Source: an uncultured Alphaproteobacteria bacterium | GTDB lineage: Bacteria; Pseudomonadota; Alphaproteobacteria; HIMB59; GCA-002718135 | Assembly: GCA_902540265.1 (NCBI GenBank) | Contig: CACBLW010000004.1 | Coordinates: 12,901-76,900, forward strand | Reading direction: 5' to 3' | DNA: 64,000 bases | In this document: piece by piece, positions 47,363 through 55,051 of the stretch | Numbering within the stretch: position 1 is the first letter of the stretch | How the letters are laid out: every line of letters begins with the position of its first letter | Made by a program: the position numbers and the translations under genes | The notes under the pieces: generated by a model | What the model was told of the DNA's origin: nothing | Seen by the model: the letters and a program-made list of their open reading frames with translations, nothing else | Databases searched by the model: none

Positions 47363-48238
47363 ATGAAAAAAATTGGATTTATTGGAATAGGTACAATGGG
47401 TTTACCGATGGCCTCTAATATTATTAACAAAGGTTATAGTTTATCCTTTTATGATCCTTTTGTTAATTCTGAGTCAGTTAATACTTTAGAAAAACTAGGA
47501 GGTATCCAAAAATCAAGTTTATCAGAATTATCTCAAGATGTTGAAATAATCATTACTATGTTGCCAAATGGAAACAATGTGAAAGAAGTATGTTTTGGTA
47601 AAAATGGTTTGATTTATCAAGATAATAATAATTTTGTATTAATTGATATGAGTACAATCAATCCTAATGATTCTATTTTTATTAATGAGGAGCTAAATAA
47701 AAATAACATAAAAATGTTTGATGCACCTGTTGCAAGATTAGTACAGAATGCAATTGATGGTACTCTTTTAATAATGGTAGGTGGTAATAAAGATGAATTT
47801 AAGAATATAAAAAATTTATTAGAAACTATGGGAAGCGATATAGTTTATTGTGGTGAAAATGGCTCAGGTAGTAAAATGAAAATTATAAATAACTACATGT
47901 CCATTGCCTTAAATATATTGACAGCAGAAACTTTAAATTTAGCTGATAAATCAGGTATAGACAAAAAAATGGCTATTGAATTAATGCTCACAACTGCAGC
48001 CGGGAAGGGACACATGAATTTGACATATCCTGCTAAAGTTTTTAAAGACGATGTATCCCCAGGTTTTAAAAATAATTTAGCATTAAAAGATTTACGTCTT
48101 GCTATTCAATTTGCATCTGAGCAAAGTTTAGATCTAAATATGGGTAAGGCAGCAGAGAAAATTTATAATGATGCTTCAAAAAAAGAATTTGGAGATCTAG
48201 ATTGGACATCAATGTTTAATTTTATTAAAAATAAATGA
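47363..48238 (+). CDS. NAD(P)-dependent beta-hydroxyacid dehydrogenase (3-hydroxyisobutyrate dehydrogenase / YihU / GarR family)
   Basis: 291 aa with the N-terminal Rossmann motif KIGFIGIGTMGLPMA and a catalytic-Lys region (GSGSKMKIINN). An AAGGAGA SD precedes it. Confidence 0.8.
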   Translation: MKKIGFIGIGTMGLPMASNIINKGYSLSFYDPFVNSESVNTLEKLGGIQKSSLSELSQDVEIIITMLPNGNNVKEVCFGKNGLIYQDNNNFVLIDMSTINPNDSIFINEELNKNNIKMFDAPVARLVQNAIDGTLLIMVGGNKDEFKNIKNLLETMGSDIVYCGENGSGSKMKIINNYMSIALNILTAETLNLADKSGIDKKMAIELMLTTAAGKGHMNLTYPAKVFKDDVSPGFKNNLALKDLRLAIQFASEQSLDLNMGKAAEKIYNDASKKEFGDLDWTSMFNFIKNK

Positions 48239-49362
48239 TCAAAATAACAAATATCAAAATTTATTTATTAAAATATAAAAACAAAAATCCTGTACTTTCT
48301 TCTTTTGGTAATATCAAATTTAGATCCTCTTTAGTTATAGAAATTCATGATGAAAATAATAATAATGGAATAGGGGAAATATGGTGTAATTTTCCAAATC
48401 ACGGCGGTAGATATAGATTTGAAATTTTAAAAGACTATTTTATTGATTTTTTAATTAATTTTCAATTTGAAGACCCCACAAGTGTTAAAAAATTTTTAAC
48501 AGAAAAATTTAATTCAATTAAAAATCAAACAGGTGACTTTGGTGCTTTTGAAAACATTTTTTCTGGCATCGATTGTGCTGCATGGGATCTTTTTTCTAAA
48601 ATTAAAAAAAAACCATTAAACAAATTAATTAATGATCAATCCAAAAATAAAATTAAAGTTTATGCAAGTGGGATAAACAGAGATGAACACTTAGAAAGAA
48701 TTCAAGAAGCCCGTCTTTTGGGCATAGATAGATTTAAAGTTAAAATTGGGTTTAATATTTTAGAAGACATTAAAGCGATAACTTCTATTGAAGAAACTAT
48801 AGAATCTAATGAAAAATATATGTTAGATGTTAACCAGGCTTGGAGCTTAGATAATGTTCATGAAAATATTAGTAAATTAAAAAATTTCAATTATTTGTGG
48901 TTAGAAGAACCTATATCTGCAAACCATTCAATATCTGAAATAGTTCAATTAAACAAATTACACAAAAATTTAGCATTTGGTGAAAATCTAATTTATTTAA
49001 AAAAATTTTATGATTTAGATAATGATACACAAATACAGTTTTTACAACCAGATTTAGCACGTTATGGAGGTATCACTGACATCTTAGATTTAGGTAAAAA
49101 TATTAAAAAAAATAAAATATGGTTACATTATTTGGGAGGAGCTATTGGCTTAATTTCTTCAGCTCATATTATGTCAGCTTTAAACCCTGATGGATATTTA
49201 GAATATGATATTAATGAAAATGAACTCAGAACAAAAATAGTAAATCCATCATTTCAAATTATTAACGGTTATCTAGAATTAAATGAAAATTATGGAATTG
49301 GTTTTCAGATATCTGACAATTTAAATCAATTTATTGATCAATTTTATGAATACAGAAATTAA
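48235..49362 (+). CDS. enolase-superfamily enzyme (mandelate racemase / muconate lactonizing enzyme family)
   Basis: 375 aa with the KxK motif (RFKVKIG) and metal ligands (MLDVNQAW, WLEEP, AFGEN), plus LQPDLARYGGIT. Confidence 0.75.
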   Translation: MIKITNIKIYLLKYKNKNPVLSSFGNIKFRSSLVIEIHDENNNNGIGEIWCNFPNHGGRYRFEILKDYFIDFLINFQFEDPTSVKKFLTEKFNSIKNQTGDFGAFENIFSGIDCAAWDLFSKIKKKPLNKLINDQSKNKIKVYASGINRDEHLERIQEARLLGIDRFKVKIGFNILEDIKAITSIEETIESNEKYMLDVNQAWSLDNVHENISKLKNFNYLWLEEPISANHSISEIVQLNKLHKNLAFGENLIYLKKFYDLDNDTQIQFLQPDLARYGGITDILDLGKNIKKNKIWLHYLGGAIGLISSAHIMSALNPDGYLEYDINENELRTKIVNPSFQIINGYLELNENYGIGFQISDNLNQFIDQFYEYRN

Positions 49363-49732
49363 AGTTTATTACGAAGATACCGATGCCTCTGAAAGAGTTT
49401 ATTATGCAAATTATCTAAAATTTCTTGAAAGAGGAAGAACAGATTACTTATATAACTTAGGCTTCACTCACAAAAATATACTAGAAAAATATAAATTCTA
49501 TTTTGTAGTAAAGAATTGCAAGATAGACTATAAAAAGCCAGCATACTTTGAGGATATTTTAAAAATTACGACAAAAATTATAAACATTTCTAAAGTAAAA
49601 ATATTGTTTCATCAGCAAATCAAAAAGAATGAAGAATTATTGGTTGATTCGGAAATATTAATTACTCCAGTTTTTTTTAATGGTAAAATTGCAAAAATTC
49701 CCAATGAAATGCTAGAAAAATTTTCGACATAA
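49346..49732 (+). CDS. YbgC/4HBT-family acyl-CoA thioesterase
   Basis: It has the hotdog-fold N-terminus MNTEIKVYYEDTDASERVYYANYLKFLERGRTDYL. I prefer the ATG at 49346 over 49334. Confidence 0.7.
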   Translation: MNTEIKVYYEDTDASERVYYANYLKFLERGRTDYLYNLGFTHKNILEKYKFYFVVKNCKIDYKKPAYFEDILKITTKIINISKVKILFHQQIKKNEELLVDSEILITPVFFNGKIAKIPNEMLEKFST

Positions 49733-49784
49733 TTTTCAAAATAATATATTTTTTTTTCGGTAAACAAATGATAGTTATTTTTTC

Positions 49785-50621
49785 ATGGGAGTTGTAACTG
49801 ATGTAATTTTACCTCTATCTTTAGCATTTATTATGTTTTCTCTTGGTTTGGGATTATCACTTTCAGATTTTACTAGAGTTTTTTTTAAACCGCGAGATTT
49901 TTTAATAGGTTTATTTTTTCAGGTAATTATTTTACCTATAGTAGCACTTATTATTGTATTCTTTTGGCCATTAACACCTGAGCTTGCAATTGGAGTGATG
50001 ATCCTAGCAGCAGCTCCTGGAGGAGTTACAAGTAATGTTCTAACATCCTATGCAAGAGGAAACATCGCTTTATCTATTTCATTAACAGCTATAAATAGCA
50101 TTCTTTGTGTTATTACTGTTCCAGTAATTTTAATTATTTCATTATCATTTCTGGGTTATGGCGGCTTAAATGAAGGTCAATCATTATTAAACGTCGCTTT
50201 TCAAATGTTTTTAATTGTAACTATTCCCGTAATTTTGGGTGTTTTACTAAGTGGCTTCTTATCCAGTTTTGAGAAAATTGCTAAAAACATCTCTATTGTC
50301 TTATTTGCTTTAGTACTTCTTGGTGCGATTGTTTCTCAAAGAGAAAATGTTGTTAGTTATTTTGCTCAAGCCGGTTTGGTTATGTTATTTCTCAATGTGA
50401 TAATGATGATAATTGTTTATTTTCTCTCAAGATCTTTTAATGCATCTAAAGAAACTTTCAGATGTTGGTTAATGGAAGTGGGGCTACAAAATGGAACTTT
50501 AGCAATTGTAGTAGCTAATACTTTCTTTGCAAGTACGGTTTATTTGATACCTGCTGCTATTTATAGCCTAATAATGTATGCAACAGCTCTACCATTAATA
50601 TATTTCTTAAGAAGAAATTAA
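49785..50621 (+). CDS. bile acid:sodium symporter (BASS) family transporter
   Basis: 278 aa, 8-9 TM helices, with a LAAAPGGVTSNVLT segment typical of the SBF/BASS family. Confidence 0.7.
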   Translation: MGVVTDVILPLSLAFIMFSLGLGLSLSDFTRVFFKPRDFLIGLFFQVIILPIVALIIVFFWPLTPELAIGVMILAAAPGGVTSNVLTSYARGNIALSISLTAINSILCVITVPVILIISLSFLGYGGLNEGQSLLNVAFQMFLIVTIPVILGVLLSGFLSSFEKIAKNISIVLFALVLLGAIVSQRENVVSYFAQAGLVMLFLNVIMMIIVYFLSRSFNASKETFRCWLMEVGLQNGTLAIVVANTFFASTVYLIPAAIYSLIMYATALPLIYFLRRN

Positions 50622-51401
50622 GACTGGAAAAGTTTCACTATCTAAAACCTCATTATTTTTTAGATTAATATTTGGAAATGGAGGAGACATTTCACCTTTC
50701 CTCTTTATATATCTTGCATCATCACCAGTAAATCTAACTGAAAAAGCTCTTCTTCTATTATTTGAATTATTACCATATGCAGCATGAATTGTTGCATAAT
50801 TAAATGCTATGGCGTCACCTAATTCACATTCATAGGATATAATTTCATAATCTTTTCTATTATTTTCAATATCTGGAATTTTTTCAAATTCTTTATCTTT
50901 ATGCTCATAATCATTACCTTTAAATTTTGTAGGTAAAAATATTTTATCCCATTTATGTGACCCTAGTATGAATTCCATTGACGAATTAATATCAATTTTA
51001 TCAAGTGGTATCCAAATACTTACATTATCTCTTCCTTGTACACAGTAATACCCCTGGTCTTGATGCCAAGGTGTTCTTTTTTTTGATCCTTTTTCTTTTA
51101 TTAAAACATGCTCATGGAATAAATTTACTTTATTAGATTGCATTAATGAAGCAGCAATTTTCGCAATATCAGAATTAAAAATAAAATTTTTATACTCTTT
51201 TATTCTTTGCCAATTACAATAATCATCATAAAATATCTCTTGATTATCTGATTCTTCATAAACACATTTATATTTACTTGGGTTTTGAAAATTATACTCA
51301 ATACCTTTTCTTAATTCTTCAATCCATTTTTGATCAATAATTTTTTTCAGTAACACAACTCCATTATTTTGAAATTCATTACTTATTTTTTTATCAATCA
51401 T
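50607..51401 (-). CDS. phytanoyl-CoA dioxygenase (PhyH) family Fe(II)/2-oxoglutarate oxygenase
   Basis: 264 aa with the H-x-D motif in TPWHQDQGYY and a distal His in YATIHAAYGN. Confidence 0.7.
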   Translation of the reverse strand: MIDKKISNEFQNNGVVLLKKIIDQKWIEELRKGIEYNFQNPSKYKCVYEESDNQEIFYDDYCNWQRIKEYKNFIFNSDIAKIAASLMQSNKVNLFHEHVLIKEKGSKKRTPWHQDQGYYCVQGRDNVSIWIPLDKIDINSSMEFILGSHKWDKIFLPTKFKGNDYEHKDKEFEKIPDIENNRKDYEIISYECELGDAIAFNYATIHAAYGNNSNNRRRAFSVRFTGDDARYIKRKGEMSPPFPNINLKNNEVLDSETFPVLISS

Positions 51402-52163
51402 TTAATCTTTAATTCTATATCCTTTTGAAAATGTATAAGTAATAAATATTATGCATCCAATTAGAATTGTCAAAATAGTTAATGTACTTGTGAATAGTGA
51501 TACATCAGAAACCTCGTAAAAACTATATCTGAAACCACTTATTAAATATAAAACAGGATTAAGTAAGGATATTTTCTGCCAAAATTCTGGAAGCATATTA
51601 ATAGAATAAAAACTCCCTCCTAAGAAAACTAATGGTGTAATTATTAGAATTGGAATAATTTGCAATCCTTCAAAACCTTCAGCGTACATTCCAATTATAA
51701 AACCAAATAAAGCAAATGTAATGGATGTTAGAATTAAAAAAAACATCATGAGAAGAGGGTGATCTATTCTTACATCTACAAAAAAATTAGCTGTTAGAAT
51801 AATTACACATCCAATTATTAATGATTTGGATGCTGCTGCTCCTACAAAACCAAGTACTATCTCAAATGATGATAATGGTGCAGCAAGTATTTCATAGATA
51901 GTATTTGTAAATCTTGGAAAATAAAAAGCAAAAGAAGCATTTGAAATTGATTGGGTTAAGATAGTTAACATAATCATTCCTGGTACGATATAAGAGCCAT
52001 AATTTATTCCATCTATCTCTGTAATTCTTGAACCAATTGCAGACCCAAAAACTACAAAGTAAAGAGAAGTTGTAATTATTGGCGAGGCAAGACTTTGAAA
52101 TAAGGTTCTTCTAAACCTTTCCATTTCATGAATATATATTGCTTTAATTCCGTACCAATTCAT
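51402..52163 (-). CDS. ABC-2 type exporter permease
   Basis: 253 aa, 6 TM helices, ABC-2 family pattern. It overlaps the ATPase gene by 20 nt. Confidence 0.75.
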   Translation of the reverse strand: MNWYGIKAIYIHEMERFRRTLFQSLASPIITTSLYFVVFGSAIGSRITEIDGINYGSYIVPGMIMLTILTQSISNASFAFYFPRFTNTIYEILAAPLSSFEIVLGFVGAAASKSLIIGCVIILTANFFVDVRIDHPLLMMFFLILTSITFALFGFIIGMYAEGFEGLQIIPILIITPLVFLGGSFYSINMLPEFWQKISLLNPVLYLISGFRYSFYEVSDVSLFTSTLTILTILIGCIIFITYTFSKGYRIKD

Positions 52164-53088
52164 TATTATTTTCCTTTATTAATTTAATGAAAATCTCTTC
52201 TAGTGAACTTTGTTCAGTATTAATATCTTTTATTTCATAACCATCTTTTTTTACATCATTTAATAGTTCAGTAATATCAGTTGTGTTTGAGTTTAAATTA
52301 TAGGTATGTGAGATAATTTTATTTGTTTGATCTAAAGTAAAATTATATTTTGATAAATTACCACTTATTTTTTCTATAGGTTCAAATAATTCAATTTTAA
52401 TTGTTTTTTCTCCAAGTTTTTTAATTAATTTATCTTTTTCATCGACTAAAATTATTTTACCATCGTTTATAACTGCCACTCTATCACTTAACTCTTCAGC
52501 TTCTTCAATATAATGTGTTGTTAAAATAATTGTTACTCCATTTTCATTTAATTTTTTAACAACATCCCACATGTCTTTGCGTAATTCAACATCCACACTA
52601 GCTGTTGGTTCATCTAAAAATAATAATTTAGGCTGGTGAGATAAAGCTTTAGCTATCAGAACCCTTCTTTTCATTCCACCCGATAGTTCTTTAATTTTAT
52701 TATCTTTTTTGTCCCATAATGATAGTTGTTTTAAAAGCTTTTCTATATAATTATGATCAGGCTTCTTACCAAATAGACCTCTAGAATAATTAACATTGTT
52801 CCAGACAGTTTCAAAAGATTCAAGATTTAATTCTTGAGGAACAATACCTGTCATTTTTCTAGTAGTTCGATAATTTTTAACAATATCCATATTATTTATT
52901 TTTATTGTTCCTGTATTAAAATTTACAATTCCGCAAATTGAGTTTATCAGTGTTGATTTTCCTGCACCATTTGGGCCAAGTAGAGCAAATATTTCTCCTT
53001 CTTTAATATTAAGATTTACATTTTCTAATGCTTTAACTGAATTTTTATAAAATTTAGTTATATTATTTATCTCAAGTATATTCTTCAT
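52144..53088 (-). CDS. ABC exporter ATP-binding protein
   Basis: 314 aa with Walker A GPNGAGKST, signature LSGGMKRR, and Walker B LFLDEP. Confidence 0.85.
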   Translation of the reverse strand: MKNILEINNITKFYKNSVKALENVNLNIKEGEIFALLGPNGAGKSTLINSICGIVNFNTGTIKINNMDIVKNYRTTRKMTGIVPQELNLESFETVWNNVNYSRGLFGKKPDHNYIEKLLKQLSLWDKKDNKIKELSGGMKRRVLIAKALSHQPKLLFLDEPTASVDVELRKDMWDVVKKLNENGVTIILTTHYIEEAEELSDRVAVINDGKIILVDEKDKLIKKLGEKTIKIELFEPIEKISGNLSKYNFTLDQTNKIISHTYNLNSNTTDITELLNDVKKDGYEIKDINTEQSSLEEIFIKLIKENNNELVRN

Positions 53089-53091
53089 AAT

Positions 53092-54276
53092 TTAAATTTT
53101 TGTAATTAGATTTGGAATATTTTGTTTAAATTTGAAATAACCTTTTTTTGAAAAAATCCAACTATTAACATCATATTTTCTATTAAAAATTATAAAATTA
53201 ACTGATGGGTATTTTGTAATTATTTTTTTATAAATTTTTTTCCAATTTCCCTTAGTTACATAGGGTAAATATATTTCTTGAATTTGAAATTTTTCTATCC
53301 ATTTATCTAAATTTTCAAAATAACTTTCAAATTGAATATCAATTTTAATATTTTTATAAAAATCATCATCACTGAAACATGAAATACAAATACTTTTTAT
53401 ATGTTTAATTATTTTTTCAGAGAAATTGTGATCATTATAATCTTCTAGTGGCAAACCTGTAAAAACATTCACTTTTTTATGATTTAAATCTTTTAGAATA
53501 TTTAATTCATCAGTTGGTATTATAATATATTTTATCTCTTCAAGATTATAATCAGAATTTAAATGTAGTTCATGTACATTATAAATTTTTTCTTCAATTA
53601 AAGGATTTGCATTTTCATTTAAAATTTCATTATCTGATATTTCAATATTACTATATTTTTCTATATTACTTTTTCTTGCCAAATAATTTTTACCCTTAGT
53701 CTGTATACCAGCAACCCATCTCCATGATAGAGTATTAGATGCTGGATCGCCATCCAATAAATGCTGCATAAAAAAATCTGCTCCAAGTTGCCAAGGTAAA
53801 TTAAGAGTAAAAATCCAAATTGAAGCAAACCACATTCTTACATGGTTATGTAAGTATCCATTTTCTTTAAGATTATTTACCCAATTATTAAAAAATGATA
53901 GGTTTGTATTTCCAGAAATTGCATTTAAATAAAATTTTTTATTACCAAATTCTTCAATTAATTTATTTCTATCCTCTAAATAATCAGAATAAACTGAAGG
54001 TCTATGTTCAAGCCAGCCTTTCCAATAAGTTCTCCAATAAATTTCTTGGATAAATTTCTCACATTCTCTAAGATCATATTTTTTTAAGACTTCTCCCAAA
54101 ACTTGTTCTTCAGAAATTAGCCTATATCTTATGAAGGGAGATAATAGAGATGTAGTATTATTATTATTATTAGATCTGTTCTCGCTGTAATTTCTATTTG
54201 CTTCATAATATTTTCCAGTTTTAGGCAAATAAGATAGGAGTTGCTCTTCAGCAAAGCTGATATTTGGTTTAAACAT
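53092..54276 (-). CDS. photolyase/cryptochrome-related FAD-binding-domain protein with atypical domain order
   Basis: 394 aa. The first ~220 residues carry the segments LLSPFIRYRLIS, EIYWRTYW, GYLHNHVRMWFASIW and LLDGDPASNTLSWRWVAG. In canonical photolyases these lie in the C-terminal FAD-binding domain. Confidence 0.55.
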   Translation of the reverse strand: MFKPNISFAEEQLLSYLPKTGKYYEANRNYSENRSNNNNNTTSLLSPFIRYRLISEEQVLGEVLKKYDLRECEKFIQEIYWRTYWKGWLEHRPSVYSDYLEDRNKLIEEFGNKKFYLNAISGNTNLSFFNNWVNNLKENGYLHNHVRMWFASIWIFTLNLPWQLGADFFMQHLLDGDPASNTLSWRWVAGIQTKGKNYLARKSNIEKYSNIEISDNEILNENANPLIEEKIYNVHELHLNSDYNLEEIKYIIIPTDELNILKDLNHKKVNVFTGLPLEDYNDHNFSEKIIKHIKSICISCFSDDDFYKNIKIDIQFESYFENLDKWIEKFQIQEIYLPYVTKGNWKKIYKKIITKYPSVNFIIFNRKYDVNSWIFSKKGYFKFKQNIPNLITKI

Positions 54277-54287
54277 TTTAGTATTGA

Positions 54288-54674
54288 TTAATCGTCAGGT
54301 AATTTTTTAGAACGCCTATTAAGAATTTCCATGTGACGTACTCTTAATACTACTATTGCGATAGCTAATATCAATATTGCTACAGATTCATACACATAGG
54401 CAGATGGATCAACATCTTTTCTTTGCATAATTATCATTCTGGCAAGAGCTGTCATTGCAATGAAAAGAGGGTAGCTCATTCTTATCATTTTCGAAACCCA
54501 GTACTCTTTAATCATTCCAATAATTTCAATATAAATAAATAGCAAAAGAATGTCCGCAAGTGTAACTTTGTAAACTGCAATCATACCTTGTATTTCCATA
54601 CCAATAGCAATGATTGTACAAACGATAAGTACTGAAAGTACAATTTTTTCTAATAATTCAAAATAACTATTCAT
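54288..54674 (-). CDS. PsiE-like four-TM membrane protein
   Basis: 128 aa. The hydrophobic profile and N-terminal region resemble phosphate-starvation-inducible PsiE-family proteins. This is a weak by-eye call. Confidence 0.35.
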   Translation of the reverse strand: MNSYFELLEKIVLSVLIVCTIIAIGMEIQGMIAVYKVTLADILLLFIYIEIIGMIKEYWVSKMIRMSYPLFIAMTALARMIIMQRKDVDPSAYVYESVAILILAIAIVVLRVRHMEILNRRSKKLPDD

Positions 54675-55037
54675 TTAAATTCTTTCTAATTTATTTAGTT
54701 GATTCTTGTTTTTGTAAAATAGAAATAATGCAAAAGCTTCATAAATAACCCAAGAAATCTGATATATTATTGGTTTTCTAATAATTTTTGCCAAAAAGCT
54801 GTATTTTGGTATCTCTAACCACATTTCAATAAAAGCATCAACTCCTGAAAAAACTTTATTATTTTTTTTTGTATGTAGACGTCTTAAAAGTTCTTTTGCA
54901 TTTTTATTTGTTTCTAATTTTGATTCATTTATATTATTTATGTCTATCCACTCAATATTATTCTTAGTTTTTTTATAGTGATTGATTTCAAAACTACAAA
55001 TACTGCATGATTTGTTATAAAAAACTTTTGTATCCAT
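54675..55037 (-). CDS. DCC-family (DUF393) thiol-disulfide oxidoreductase-like protein
   Basis: 120 aa with the N-terminal VFYNKSCSICSFEINHY segment carrying a C-x-x-C motif. Confidence 0.5.
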   Translation of the reverse strand: MDTKVFYNKSCSICSFEINHYKKTKNNIEWIDINNINESKLETNKNAKELLRRLHTKKNNKVFSGVDAFIEMWLEIPKYSFLAKIIRKPIIYQISWVIYEAFALFLFYKNKNQLNKLERI

Positions 55038-55051
55038 GATAGTTAAATAAC

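Noticed and set aside
25784-49345. N-terminal extensions in the ORF track for gcvH (25784), MazG-like (30099, TTG), LacD-like (46386) and YbgC-like (49334)
   Set aside because: In each case an internal ATG has better support. For gcvH and MazG-like there is a GGGAG-type SD about 5 nt upstream. For LacD-like there is a TGATG stop/start overlap. For YbgC-like the family-typical N-terminus begins at the internal ATG. The extensions overlap the upstream gene more than needed.
33203-50621. The carbohydrate-like island as a mobile genomic island
   Set aside because: I found no integrase, transposase or recombinase, no flanking tRNA gene, and no direct or inverted terminal repeats. Apart from the SBP gene, the composition looks like the rest of the window. 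It may still be flexible-genome content, but there is no sequence evidence of mobility.
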